64,000 nt of DNA. It comes from a virus. Every line of letters starts with the position of its first letter. Position 1 is the first letter of the stretch. The notes beneath the pieces are model-generated. The model was not told the DNA's origin. It saw only the letters and a program-made list of their open reading frames with translations, and searched no databases. The translations under genes and the position numbers were made by a program. Shown one piece after another: positions 46,148-55,938 of this stretch. The stretch spans positions 32,001 through 96,000 of the IMG/VR virus record IMGVR_UViG_3300036800_000175; one strand, 5' to 3'.

Positions 46148-46501
46148 TCATGCTGCGGGCTCCCGCTTCGCGGGCTGCGGCGTGGATGGTGTCACCCGCG
46201 GCCCGGCGATCTTGGCCTCAGCCACCCGGGCGTGAGCGTCGGCGCGGATCTTCGCCGCCGCCTCAAAACCGAGCGGGTCGGCCTTGCGTACGGTCGGGTC
46301 GTTGCACGCCTCGATCAGCTCGCGGGGGTGGGCGTCCTCACGGCCGAGTAGCCGCGACGCGTGGCCGTAGAACTGCGGCCAGTCCCAGGCCGCGCGGACC
46401 TGCGGGTTGGCTGCTGCGCCTTCGAGGGCGCGGGCCCAGTCGGGGCCGCGCATGACGGCGGCGAGGTCGATCAGTTCACGGTAGGCAGGGTTGATCGTCA
46501 T
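46148..46501 (-). CDS. Hypothetical replication-associated protein
   Basis: Coupled downstream of initiator; LAAVMRGPDW. Confidence 0.5.
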   Translation of the reverse strand: MTINPAYRELIDLAAVMRGPDWARALEGAAANPQVRAAWDWPQFYGHASRLLGREDAHPRELIEACNDPTVRKADPLGFEAAAKIRADAHARVAEAKIAGPRVTPSTPQPAKREPAA

Positions 46502-47514
46502 GAGACTGCGGCTTTCTGGTCGTTCAGGGGGTGGCAGTTCGGGCAGCGCTTGGGGGTGTCGGGCTCTCCGACCCATCTGTGTTCCGTGCTGGTGCACTCG
46601 CCGCACCACGGCGGCCAGGACCCACGGCCGGGTGGCGCGGCCTGCTGGGCCGCGGCGAGATCCCACCAGTCCCCGTCGTGCTCGAGGCGGCCGGGTTGCT
46701 TGGAATCGCGGCGACGGGCGACGTCGATCATGGCGGGGCGGGCCAGTGCCCAGCCGCGTTCGATGACGGCGGGCCGGGTTAGGGCGCGGCGGATGGATGA
46801 GGTAGGCCAGGCGGGGCGGATCTCCCGGACTTCCGCGATGAGGGCGTCAATGTCGGCGGGGTTGATCCCTTGGAAAATTTCCCCCTCCCCCTCCGTTTGG
46901 ACAGCGGCCATCAGGGGCGGCTGCTTCCATGCCGGCGGGGGGGTAGGGGGGGTTATCTTCTTGTCTTCTCTTCTATGGGCGCGACTGTCGCGCGACTTTC
47001 CGGCCTGGTTATCCACAACTTGCAGGTCAGGGGGTGGCTGTGGAAAACCCGGCGACCCCAGTTCGGCGGTGTCGCCGCTACTAGTCGCGGAGGGTGTCGC
47101 GCCACTAGTCGCGCGACCTGTAGCGCGACTGTCGCGCGACACTTGAACGTCCCGGGCGTCACGGGCGGCCCGCTCAGATGCCCGTTTCGCCGCCATCCGT
47201 TCCCGGTCGGCCCTGCGTTTCCGCTCAGCCGCGTCGCTCAGGTTCCGTTCCTCATTCCAGATGTCCGGATTGAGCAGGTAACCCCGGTCTTCCTCAAGCC
47301 AGATCTCTTCGCTGACCAGAGCTTTGACCCGCCTGTCCAGGTCCGGGCCCGCGAACCGCGGCACCTGCGTGCGCGGGATGAAGCCCTGAGACTCTGCGCT
47401 GGTCAGGTAGCACATGCTCTCGATCAGCAGCCACCCGGCGCCGGGTGCGCTGTGCTCCGCAGCCTGGACGCATGGCTGGTCCGGAAGCGACGCGTAGAGG
47501 CGGCACCATTCCAT
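46498..47514 (-). CDS. Phage replication initiator (replisome-organiser type)
   Basis: N-terminal W.RL..GFIP wHTH, basic RRADRERMAAKR, low-complexity middle, C-terminal PPWCGEC..RCPNCHP. Confidence 0.7.
   Translation of the reverse strand: MEWCRLYASLPDQPCVQAAEHSAPGAGWLLIESMCYLTSAESQGFIPRTQVPRFAGPDLDRRVKALVSEEIWLEEDRGYLLNPDIWNEERNLSDAAERKRRADRERMAAKRASERAARDARDVQVSRDSRATGRATSGATPSATSSGDTAELGSPGFPQPPPDLQVVDNQAGKSRDSRAHRREDKKITPPTPPPAWKQPPLMAAVQTEGEGEIFQGINPADIDALIAEVREIRPAWPTSSIRRALTRPAVIERGWALARPAMIDVARRRDSKQPGRLEHDGDWWDLAAAQQAAPPGRGSWPPWCGECTSTEHRWVGEPDTPKRCPNCHPLNDQKAAVS
46979..47140. repeat. Iteron-like repeats inside initiator gene (putative lytic origin)
   Basis: GCGCGACTGTCGCGCGAC at 46979 and 47123; ACTAGTCGCG at 47080 and 47104; adjacent purine/pyrimidine-skewed tract. 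Confidence 0.6.
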
Positions 47515-47622
47515 GCAGTCACCTCCCCCGCTTCTTGTTCAGATAGGGCGCCTCATGCAGGCGCGCTTGCTTCCGCTTCAACAGCACCATGTGCGCGAGC
47601 GTCGCGGCGGTGTCCGTCCCGT

Positions 47623-49191
47623 TCATGCGGCGGCCCCGCGGCTGCTGAGCTCCGGCATGGCCAGCCCGCTCGCCATCGCCACCACATGCGCGGCCAGCAA
47701 CGGCGGCACAGCGTTGCCGACCTGCTCAAACTGCTTCGTCCGCGTGCCCTGCCACGGGTAATCCGGCCTGAACGATTGGAGTACCGCGGCTTCCTGGACG
47801 GTGATCCGCACAGAGTCTTGGGCGGCCGAGACGGCGTCCTTGGTCACCCACTGGCACCGGGTGTTGGCGGTGATGCTCACTGCCGGCCCGCTGCGCAGGA
47901 TCCAGTCCTTGGCCTTCGTGGTCACGGCGTGCGCGGGGCGGGTTGCCGGGTCCATCTCATGAGTGCCATGGGTGCCGCTGCCCGTGGCTTTCGGCCCGGT
48001 CCACGGCTTGCCGAACGAGGTGCGCAGCACCCACCGGCCGCTGTCGCGCTCAGCCTCGAGCAACTCGCGGCCGCGGGTCGGGAACGGCTCAGCGCCGCCC
48101 GTGGACGTCCCCCCGGCGGTCACAGCGGGCCCGGGGCGGCTGGTCGCACCCCAGCCGAGGGCGTCGGCCATCGACACCCACAGGGCGCCCCACAGCTGCA
48201 TGCCTTTGCGGGGGTCGTAGTGGGTCGGTTCGGGCCGGTACACCTTCCGGACGCGGGAGGCGACCAGGATGGCCCGTTCCCGGGTTTGGGGCACGCCGTA
48301 GTCCGCGGCGTTGAGTTTCCCGCACCAGACCGAGTAGCCGCGGGCCCGGAGTTCCCCCGCGTAGACCCGCCACAGCGGGAGGACTGCGGGGACCTGCTCA
48401 AGCGCGACCCATTCGGGCTGGCCGGCGTGGATGTACCGGGCCGGCTCGATCACCAGCGATGCCGACCGGACGGCAGCCCAGATCTTCGCGGAGCGCTGAG
48501 CCCGGGTCGGATGCGCGCTGCTGCCGGCCGACGCGGCCATGTCGCGCCGCAGCCTGGCCGGTGAGCCCCTGCGGGCCAGCAGCTGGCGTTTCCATCCCGC
48601 CTGGTTGTCACGGCGCCAGATGTGCGCCATCAGGTCGGGCTTGCAGGCCAGCGGATGGGGCGCCGGGCGGTCGGCACCCCACTTCGACACCCGCAGCGCG
48701 TGGGCCATCTCCCGGCGCCGCAGGGCGCGTGTCGTGCGCCCGGCCATGGCGTCGCGGATCCCTGCGGCGAGGATCGCCGTGACGACGTTCCCCGCCTGGT
48801 CGCCGGCCGCGCTGAACGTCGTGCAGGGCGGGGAGTGGACCTGGCCGCGAGTCTTCCCGGCCAGCCGCTCGAGGGGGAACGTGGCGACGTCCGCGCGGAT
48901 CGTCGCGTGGCCGGCTGCGCGGCGTGTGGCGCAGGCCGCGGCGTCCAGTTCGATGCCGAGTTCGGGGAGGCCGAGCATCCGCAGCCCCTCCGCCCAGCCG
49001 CCCGGCCCCGCGCAAGTCCCCAGCGCCTCGATCAGGCCGGGGGTAGCGCCCGGAGGGGCGGCGGGGGACACCTCCGCCCCTCCGGGCCCGGCCGCGCTCC
49101 CCGGGGGAGAGTGGGGATCACGCGCGGCCGGCCCAGCCGCTGCCCGGGTAGTGTCAGCAGCGGCGGCCTGGTGGGTCTCAACAGCGGTCAT
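47623..49191 (-). CDS. C5 DNA cytosine methyltransferase
   Basis: CAGPGG (I), SPPC..FS.AG (IV), LEQV (VI), YGVPQTRER (VIII), QSF..QVGNAVPP (IX/X). Confidence 0.9.
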   Translation of the reverse strand: MTAVETHQAAAADTTRAAAGPAARDPHSPPGSAAGPGGAEVSPAAPPGATPGLIEALGTCAGPGGWAEGLRMLGLPELGIELDAAACATRRAAGHATIRADVATFPLERLAGKTRGQVHSPPCTTFSAAGDQAGNVVTAILAAGIRDAMAGRTTRALRRREMAHALRVSKWGADRPAPHPLACKPDLMAHIWRRDNQAGWKRQLLARRGSPARLRRDMAASAGSSAHPTRAQRSAKIWAAVRSASLVIEPARYIHAGQPEWVALEQVPAVLPLWRVYAGELRARGYSVWCGKLNAADYGVPQTRERAILVASRVRKVYRPEPTHYDPRKGMQLWGALWVSMADALGWGATSRPGPAVTAGGTSTGGAEPFPTRGRELLEAERDSGRWVLRTSFGKPWTGPKATGSGTHGTHEMDPATRPAHAVTTKAKDWILRSGPAVSITANTRCQWVTKDAVSAAQDSVRITVQEAAVLQSFRPDYPWQGTRTKQFEQVGNAVPPLLAAHVVAMASGLAMPELSSRGAAA

Positions 49192-49194
49192 CGG

Positions 49195-49698
49195 TCACAC
49201 GCCGGCCGGGTCATAGGGGGTCAGCGGCATGTCGGCGGGCACGTACAGGGGATGCCACGGCTGGCCGATGCAGGTGACGCCAAGACAGAGCAGGGAGACG
49301 CCGGCGTCGGCCAGCATCGCGGTGACCTGCTGCGCGCGGCTGCGGCGGATCCCGTGGTTGCCCCACGCGGCGACGACCCGCACCCCGGGCTGGCAGTGGG
49401 CGCGGATGTAGTCATCGTTGCCGGGCCCGACCGGGTCGGGGTGGCGGGACAGCTCGCGCGGGTTGGTGGCACGGAGAGCGAACAGGTTGACCACGATCAG
49501 CTTGGACGCCCGTTCACGGTCCGCGAAGCCTATGCATCTGCGGGCGGTCGGGTCATTGATGTACCGGCTGGCGGTTGAGGGGTTCAGCATGATCATCACG
49601 AGTGCCGGCCCGTGGCCGGCCAGTTCCCGGGTGAGCTCATAGCGGTACTCGCCGGTGTCGGCCGGGTCATCGAGGGGGAACAGTGGCTCAGCGGTCAC
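49195..49698 (-). CDS. DUF1643-family protein
   Basis: YRYEL.R..IMLNPSTA..DPT.RRC..VNLFALRATNP..AAWG..HPLYV. Confidence 0.9.
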   Translation of the reverse strand: MTAEPLFPLDDPADTGEYRYELTRELAGHGPALVMIMLNPSTASRYINDPTARRCIGFADRERASKLIVVNLFALRATNPRELSRHPDPVGPGNDDYIRAHCQPGVRVVAAWGNHGIRRSRAQQVTAMLADAGVSLLCLGVTCIGQPWHPLYVPADMPLTPYDPAGV

Positions 49699-50094
49699 CT
49701 GGCCGCCGCCTGACTGGCGGCCTCGGTGGCGCGCAGGTCGGCGTATGCGCCGGCGATCGCCTCGAGGCAGGGCCCGGACGTGGACCAGGCTTTGCCCTGC
49801 ACGCCGGCGTCTTCGGTACCGAACACCATCGTCCAGCCGCCACGCGGCCCGTCTGTGACGTCGACCTCATCCGCGACCGCGGCCGGGATCCGGGGAGCCG
49901 CGGTCATGGCTGGGTCTCCCACCACGCGTCAGACTCGGCCAGGTCGGCTTCGGTGATGCCCAGGCGCTCGGCCATGCTGGGCTCATCCTCAGCGGGAACC
50001 TCGATCACGCTGGCCCTGCGCGCGTCGTCGCACATCAGGACGCCGCTAAAGCAAGCCTCGGTGAGGCACTCAGAGCACACGAGGTGTTTACCTG

Positions 50095-50718
50095 TCATGA
50101 CGGGCCGTCGGTGCAGTATTCGCAGCCGGGACACGGGCAGCAGATCGCGCAGATGCCGAGCGGCTCGCCCCAGCAGCCGACTTCGGTCCGCCGGTGGTGG
50201 CGCAGCAGCAGGCAACCCCACCACTCGGCCGGCCGCCAGAGGATCATGCCGCTGCCCCACCGCCAGCCGGTGTGGCAGCCGGTGCAGCCGCCGCCCCAGC
50301 TCGCGGAGGTGGATCCGCCGACGCCGAGCATGGCCAGCCAGTGATCTGCCCGGCGGGTGATCCTCCACGACTGCCACTTGTGGTGGTGGGAGTGGGCACA
50401 CCCGGAGTGGGCGGCGGCTTCGGAGTCCCACGCGCAGTACATGCACGGCGCGGGGTAACCCTCGCTGGCGTGGACGAACGTGACCGGGTGCCCGGCGTCG
50501 CATTCGATGCGTTGCAGGCCGGGGATTTCCATGGGGGCGTGGCGGGGGCAGCCAGCGCGGTCGGTGATGGGCTGGCCGCACAGGTTGCAGGAGAATCCCC
50601 AGTCGTGGTAGTCGCAGTCGCAGCCCTCATCGCCGGTGGCGCGGAGGCAGCCGAACAGCTCGAGGTACGGCGGGGGTGGCGGGCTGGCGGCGGTGGTGGG
50701 TGCGGTCATCTCTCTCAT
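50095..50718 (-). CDS. Cys-rich hypothetical protein
   Basis: Multiple CxxC; ATGA coupling. Confidence 0.55.
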   Translation of the reverse strand: MREMTAPTTAASPPPPPYLELFGCLRATGDEGCDCDYHDWGFSCNLCGQPITDRAGCPRHAPMEIPGLQRIECDAGHPVTFVHASEGYPAPCMYCAWDSEAAAHSGCAHSHHHKWQSWRITRRADHWLAMLGVGGSTSASWGGGCTGCHTGWRWGSGMILWRPAEWWGCLLLRHHRRTEVGCWGEPLGICAICCPCPGCEYCTDGPS

Positions 50719-51206
50719 CTCCGTGCTGCGTGTGGTGCTGGGGTCTCCGCGGCCTGTCCAACCCCCCGGTAGACCGGGCCGCGGAGACCGTCTAAGGGGC
50801 CGGCCAGTGCCGGCGGTGGTGGCCCGTCCCACGAGTGCCGGGACAGGCCCTTGGGGTAGGCGTCGGGGAACGCCTCATCGGTGATCGCGGTGTGACACGG
50901 CCTGGCCACGACCGCCATGTTCGGCGGGTCGGTGATGCTGCCACCGCGGGCGCGGGACAAGATTTCGTGGACGTCGTCAGCGAGCCGGCCGCAACCGCAG
51001 TCGCACAGCGGCGGCGGCTCATACACGGGGAACAGGACGGCGATCACCTTGGCGCGGACCCGGTTTTCCGCCGCCCGCTTGGCGGACACCGCCCGGATCG
51101 GGCCGCCCCGCTCGAGCGAGCTGGACCGGCCGGGCTCCCCCGTCCGCGTCAGCGGGGTGCGGGAGACCAGCGGGACGGTGCGCGGCTTCATCGGGGAACG
51201 CTTCAC
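50715..51206 (-). CDS. HNH endonuclease-like protein
   Basis: CDCGC..DVHEILSRARGGS..N..PCH. Confidence 0.7.
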   Translation of the reverse strand: MKRSPMKPRTVPLVSRTPLTRTGEPGRSSSLERGGPIRAVSAKRAAENRVRAKVIAVLFPVYEPPPLCDCGCGRLADDVHEILSRARGGSITDPPNMAVVARPCHTAITDEAFPDAYPKGLSRHSWDGPPPPALAGPLDGLRGPVYRGVGQAAETPAPHAARR

Positions 51207-51613
51207 GACCGGGCCGCCTCCCGGTCCTCATCACGCCATCCCGGGGGTTGCCGGGCGCGGTCGGTGTCGATCGCGGCGACCAGGCGCCGGGCGGCGAAGT
51301 ACAGGGCTGTCTCAGCGCGCATGAGTGCGGGGACGGAGTCTTCGGTCATGGCCAGTTCGAGTTCGGCCAGCAGCAGCGCGAGGGCACGGTGTACCGCGTC
51401 GCGGGCGGCAGCGGCGACGCCGGGGGTTTCATGGTCGTCGTCCCGCCAGCCTTTGGGTTGCCGGGCACGGTTGGCGTCCAGGCAGCGGACCAGCCGCCGG
51501 CAGGCGAAGTACAGGGCCGCCTCAGTGCCCCGGTCGCGGGCCAGCAGCAGTTTGATGGAATGACGTTTTACGGTCTCCCGGGCTGCGATCACCTCACCGC
51601 CGACTAGGCTCAT
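51203..51613 (-). CDS. Hypothetical protein with internal duplication
   Basis: Two copies of E.ALYFA.RRLV..D..RARQP.GWRD. Confidence 0.6.
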   Translation of the reverse strand: MSLVGGEVIAARETVKRHSIKLLLARDRGTEAALYFACRRLVRCLDANRARQPKGWRDDDHETPGVAAAARDAVHRALALLLAELELAMTEDSVPALMRAETALYFAARRLVAAIDTDRARQPPGWRDEDREAARS

Positions 51614-52698
51614 GCGGCCTCGCCGGTGAGTTCGGTGTACCGGGCTTTGAGGTAGTCGATCAGGGGCTCATGGACGTCGGGGTCGTGGTCAGTGCACACC
51701 GACGTGTCTGGCGGGACCTGCTGGCGCTTGCACTGGGCGACCAGTTTGTTGATGTCGTCGCCACTGGTGGCCAGGCCGGCGAGATCCGCGATCCGCTGCG
51801 CCGCGTCCTCTTCGGTGGTGAGCATGGCGGCCAGATCCTCGATCCGCTCAGCGGCATCCTCCGGCGGGGGCACGTCGCCGGGATTGGCCCGGTCTGCGAG
51901 AGCTGCGGGCAGGGCGCGCTGTTCCGGCACGCCCTTCAACTGGGCGATCAGGCCGGCCGGCCCGGCGGGCAGTTGCCCTTGAGCGATCTGCCGCATGGAC
52001 AGGCCGATTTGCAGGCTCAGCACCGGGTACGGGCTGCCGTCATCGGCGCGCTTCCGCCAGTGGATGAACAGCACTGCCGGGAGGTAGACCCCGCCTTCGC
52101 GGGCGATTTCCATCGCCTCACCGGAGTCCGCGATCTCTACGGCAGCGTTTTCGCTGCCGGTGTTGATCCTGAACACGCCGGTCATGCCGGGCAGGTCGGG
52201 GATGGTGACACTGATGCGGGTCAGCACCTTGCACGCCTGCGGCGGCCGCAACTTGGACAGGCGATTGCGCTCATCGTGGGCGCGGCGCACCGACGCTGCG
52301 TCGGTGGGGTCATCGGCCAGCGGGCACATGCAGGACTTGCCTGAGAGTTCCTCAGTGATCCCGTCGCAGCGGCGCAGGCGGCGCTGGCCGTCCCACAGTT
52401 CCATGCTGGTGTCGACCGGCTGGCCGCGGGCGGGCACCCACACGTCCAGGGCGGTGCGGTCGGTGATGACCTCGAAGTAGCCCCGGCGCTGCGGCCAGGG
52501 GGCGACCGTGCCGCTCTCGTAGTGGGCGGCGACCGCCTCAGCAGTCTGCCGGGTGGGGAGGGTGAACCGGAACGTATCGAGGCGGACCGGCTGGCGGCCT
52601 TTCTTGCCGGGCACCTCCTTGGAGGTGCCGATACGGATCTCACCGAGCGGGAGACTGCGGCGTTGCAGGCCGAGCAACTCAGGGGCACGTATGGGCAT
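51610..52698 (-). CDS. Gp3-like recombination / single-strand annealing protein
   Basis: GEIRIG..PVRLDTFRFT..RRCDG..CK..TR.SV..PD..GVFR..TGS.NAA; next to exonuclease. Confidence 0.75.
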   Translation of the reverse strand: MPIRAPELLGLQRRSLPLGEIRIGTSKEVPGKKGRQPVRLDTFRFTLPTRQTAEAVAAHYESGTVAPWPQRRGYFEVITDRTALDVWVPARGQPVDTSMELWDGQRRLRRCDGITEELSGKSCMCPLADDPTDAASVRRAHDERNRLSKLRPPQACKVLTRISVTIPDLPGMTGVFRINTGSENAAVEIADSGEAMEIAREGGVYLPAVLFIHWRKRADDGSPYPVLSLQIGLSMRQIAQGQLPAGPAGLIAQLKGVPEQRALPAALADRANPGDVPPPEDAAERIEDLAAMLTTEEDAAQRIADLAGLATSGDDINKLVAQCKRQQVPPDTSVCTDHDPDVHEPLIDYLKARYTELTGEAA

Positions 52699-52704
52699 GG
52701 GGGG

Positions 52705-53886
52705 TCACGCCGCCTTCACTTTGGGGGGTTCGTCCGCGAGTCGCAGGCCGTGATCGGCCAGCATGATCCGGATGGTTTCGATGAGCTTCGGGCCGATGCC
52801 CTTGATCGCGAGGACGTCAGCCGGGGTGAACCGGGCCAGGTCCTCAAGTTCGGCGTCCGCTCCCAGTGCTTTGCGGAGCGGGGCGAGGGCGTGGCCGTAG
52901 CCTTCGCTGGCCAGGTCGCACACCCGCGGGCCGGGCAGCGTCCCGTCGGGCCGCAGCGCCCGGATGACCTTCCCGGGCTTGGCCTTGACTTTCTGCCGGT
53001 CACGGAAGATCCCCGCGGCGACCTGGAATCGTTGCCACGCGGCTTCGTCGTCGTCACCGGCGACCAGCATGAGCAGGTAGCCACCGGGGTATTCGGGCCG
53101 CAGGTGCAGCACGGCACCGGCGTCGGACGGCGGGGTCGGGTGCATCTCACGGAGGCGCAGCGCGCATTCGGGCATGCGCCGGTAGGCGGCGAGTTGCTCT
53201 TTCCAGGTCCCTTCCGGGTTCTTCCCTGTTTTGGTGTCGATGCAGAGCACCAGCAGGTTGCCGGGGGACGCGATGACCTGCCCGTTGAGGATGGCGTAAC
53301 CCTCAAGCACGACGATCATGTCGAGTGTGCCGGCGATGCCAAGCGGCTGGTTGTACACCTGCATCTCAGTCGCGAGGAACCGGGGGTTGAAGTCGTGGAC
53401 CCACTGGACGAACCCGTCCGCCATGAAGTCAACGACGTCGGTGAGGGGCAGCCATTCGTCGGCGCCCATGTTGTACCAGGCGTCGGCCAGATGATCCGGG
53501 AGCAGCGGATAGGGGACGGTGGCGCCCTCAGCGCCTGCGGCGGCCCAGTAGATCAGGGCTTCCTGCACGTCGTGGATGTAGGTGCCGGCTTCGGCCCGCA
53601 TCTCGCGGATCCGTTCCGCCTCATCCTTCCCGAGTTGGATGGCTTCGTCGCGGCCCTGGTCGCGGAGGGTCTGGGCGAGCAAGGTCATGTGGTCGACGGC
53701 CCACGCCATCGACACCCCGCCGGACCATTTGACCAGCCACGGTTTCGCGTCGGTGGCACCGATCACGGTGGTGACGGAGTCGAGCAGTTCCCCGGTCGGC
53801 GGGTACGGGTAGTGCCGGCCGTCCCGGTCCTCAAATCTGGCGGCCGGGTCTGCGGCTGGGGGTGCGGCGGTCACCGTGTCCACCAC
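52705..53886 (-). CDS. PD-(D/E)xK exonuclease with C-terminal HhH / RNAP alpha-CTD-like domain
   Basis: SVTTVI..GT.IH..E..AGTLD..DTKTG..QLAAY; tail DLARFTPADVLAIKGIGPKLIETI. Confidence 0.85.
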   Translation of the reverse strand: MVDTVTAAPPAADPAARFEDRDGRHYPYPPTGELLDSVTTVIGATDAKPWLVKWSGGVSMAWAVDHMTLLAQTLRDQGRDEAIQLGKDEAERIREMRAEAGTYIHDVQEALIYWAAAGAEGATVPYPLLPDHLADAWYNMGADEWLPLTDVVDFMADGFVQWVHDFNPRFLATEMQVYNQPLGIAGTLDMIVVLEGYAILNGQVIASPGNLLVLCIDTKTGKNPEGTWKEQLAAYRRMPECALRLREMHPTPPSDAGAVLHLRPEYPGGYLLMLVAGDDDEAAWQRFQVAAGIFRDRQKVKAKPGKVIRALRPDGTLPGPRVCDLASEGYGHALAPLRKALGADAELEDLARFTPADVLAIKGIGPKLIETIRIMLADHGLRLADEPPKVKAA

Positions 53887-54236
53887 CCGGCGGTCAGCGC
53901 GGTGAGCGCCTGCGTGGCGTAGACATCTGCGATCTCCGCAGCGACTTCCTGCCGGCCGGGGCAGGTCAGGCCGGGATCCACCTCACGCCAGTCCGCCACC
54001 CCGGACAGCAGGTCGTCGCGCAGCGCGACCGCCTCAGCGGCCTCTTCCCACCGGATGCGCAGCGCCTCGCCGCCCAGCGCCGCCCATGCGTCCAGGCAGG
54101 TAGCGACATGGCGGGGGGAGCGGGTGCCTTCGACGTAGCCGGCGGCGAGGCTGTCCAGCAGCCCGGTCAGCAGCCGGTCCCGGGTCCGGTCCGGGGCGTA
54201 GACCAGGGTGACCCGTTCGGGGGCGACCGCGGTCAT
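53871..54236 (-). CDS. Hypothetical protein
   Basis: Coupled ORF. Confidence 0.5.
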   Translation of the reverse strand: MTAVAPERVTLVYAPDRTRDRLLTGLLDSLAAGYVEGTRSPRHVATCLDAWAALGGEALRIRWEEAAEAVALRDDLLSGVADWREVDPGLTCPGRQEVAAEIADVYATQALTALTAGWWTR

Positions 54237-54510
54237 GACGTGCTGCCGGCTGTGGCGGGCGCAGTCTCGCGGAGGCAGTTAGCGTCGCACCACGCGCGGA
54301 GTTTCCCGCCCACCTGATACAGGGCGGGCCGGTCCTCGCGGGCGAAATCCCCGACGATGGCCGGGACGATCAGCGTCTGATGGTCGGCGCGGGTGTACAG
54401 GGCGCGCGGCGGCATCCGGGTCCGCTTCGCCTTGACCGGCGGCGGATCGGCGCGGCCGTCCAGGTAGGCCCACTGCGGGTGGTCGGCCAGGACCGTTTCC
54501 AGGGTGCCGG

Positions 54511-54780
54511 TCATGCTGCTGCCGCCTTCCGTGCGTTCATTGCGTCCAGCCGGTCCGCGGCCTGCGTCCACGCGGCTGCGTGCGCGCGGGCCAGTTCCGG
54601 ATCGGTGACCCATCCCCAGGACCCGTCCTCGTACTGGAAGTGCACGGCGGGCCGCGGGTCGTTGCGGGGGTGGTCGGTGAGCAGGGGGACGCCCATCACG
54701 GACGGCGGCTGGTAGTGGTAGGCACCGCGCCGGGCGGGGGGTTGTGCCTCCGCCGGCCCGGGGGTGGTGTGTCGTGTCAC
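54511..54780 (-). CDS. Hypothetical protein
   Basis: GAGG RBS before GTG 54780. Confidence 0.55.
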   Translation of the reverse strand: MTRHTTPGPAEAQPPARRGAYHYQPPSVMGVPLLTDHPRNDPRPAVHFQYEDGSWGWVTDPELARAHAAAWTQAADRLDAMNARKAAAA

Positions 54781-54800
54781 GGGCTGATCGCCTCTGTTTC

Positions 54801-54867
54801 TGTTAGAATGCGGACCGGCTGATCGCCGGCCAGCCCCGGTCTGAACCACCGGGGCTGCTGCCTTTTC
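54801..54867 (+). ncRNA. Candidate small antisense RNA (extended -10 promoter plus terminator)
   Basis: TGTTAGAAT at 54801, two hairpins, then T-tract, antisense to the leftward operon. Confidence 0.4.
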
Positions 54868-55168
54868 AGGCCGCCGCAGCTCGCTTGGGGGTAGGGGTTT
54901 CGGTGGCGGGGCGGGGGATGTCCTGCTGGCGTGCGGGCGGGTCAAGGAGCAGGGATCCGATCTCCAAGCCGAGGACCAGCTCGAGGATCGCGCGGCGTGC
55001 CGTGCCCGGGTTGGCGCCGGCTTCGATGAGGCCGATGTTCCGGCCATCCACCGGGGCCAGGTACTTTTCGCCGCACAGACGGCCTAGGGCCTGCTGTGAC
55101 AGATTCAGCCGCTTTCGTGCTTCGCGGAGGGCTCCCCCGTCGATCTGGGGGCACTTTGCGAGGGGCAT
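54866..55168 (-). CDS. XRE-family HTH regulator (Cro-like)
   Basis: IDG.ALREARKRLNLSQQALG..I..IEAG.NP; first gene of long leftward operon; leaderless behind TACTTT. Confidence 0.8.
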   Translation of the reverse strand: MPLAKCPQIDGGALREARKRLNLSQQALGRLCGEKYLAPVDGRNIGLIEAGANPGTARRAILELVLGLEIGSLLLDPPARQQDIPRPATETPTPKRAAAA

Positions 55169-55303
55169 GCTCAGTAAAGTAGCGCCAAAGAAGCGCCGGC
55201 CGCAAGTCCTTCGGCCGGCGCGCCCGGCTCGACCTCAGCGCCGCCTTGGCGCTAAGTTGTCTGGCAACACTTCCCCCGGCATCACCGGAAGGGGCACCCC
55301 CCA

Positions 55304-55711
55304 GTGCCAGACACGACCTACAGGTATGCGCGGCTCGCCGCAGAGATGGACAGGGACCGCCGCGCCAACGGCTGGCGGTGGGCTGACATCGCCGCCCGCG
55401 GCGGCCCGTCGGTCGCGCAGCTGCGGGACCTGATGCACGGCCGGACCGGGGAGCTGTACCCGTCCACCATCCCGAAGATCGCCCGCGGCATGGGCTGGAC
55501 GGAAGATCACGTCCGCGGGCTCATCGCTGACGCCGACCCGTTCGACGCCGCAGTCACCGCGGCGTCGCGGGAAGTCGCGGAGGCGTTCGCGGCCCATTTC
55601 CGGGGCCAGGACGTCACCCCGGGTGAGATCGACGCGTGGTTCGCAGGTGGTGAGGTGGCGGAGATCGTGACCCGGCACGGCCTGGCACGGCCGCGCAGCC
55701 GCGAGGCTTAG
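55304..55711 (+). CDS. HTH regulator (CI-like), divergent from Cro-like gene
   Basis: RLA..MD..R..GW.W.DIA.RGG.S..LRDL..G..TI.KI..GMGW. Confidence 0.7.
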   Translation: MPDTTYRYARLAAEMDRDRRANGWRWADIAARGGPSVAQLRDLMHGRTGELYPSTIPKIARGMGWTEDHVRGLIADADPFDAAVTAASREVAEAFAAHFRGQDVTPGEIDAWFAGGEVAEIVTRHGLARPRSREA

Positions 55712-55938
55712 CCGGCGACGCGGAGCCGCTGGCGGGTTCCCCCGCCGTCGTTTTCCCCCCGCTGGGCGTTCAGGACGCCGCGGGTGATCGCTTCCACGAT
55801 CCGCTGATATTCCTCGTCGGGCCGGCGCGGCCGGCGTGGCATCTTGCCGCCCCTGCGGTACCGGACGGCTACGGTGGCTGCGGCTGCGGCGCAGACGGCG
55901 GCCGCGGTCAGTGCCCAGGCGGCCTTTCCTGGCATCAT
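55708..55938 (-). CDS. Small membrane-anchored protein
   Basis: N-terminal hydrophobic stretch; GGAGG RBS. Confidence 0.45.
   Translation of the reverse strand: MMPGKAAWALTAAAVCAAAAATVAVRYRRGGKMPRRPRRPDEEYQRIVEAITRGVLNAQRGENDGGGTRQRLRVAG

Noticed and set aside
51610-52698. Recombination directionality factor implying an integrase system
   Set aside because: Family name is misleading; position beside the exonuclease fits an annealing protein, and no integrase or att site is visible
52705-53886. Cas4 / CRISPR association
   Set aside because: Ordinary phage PD-(D/E)xK exonuclease without an Fe-S cysteine set or CRISPR context
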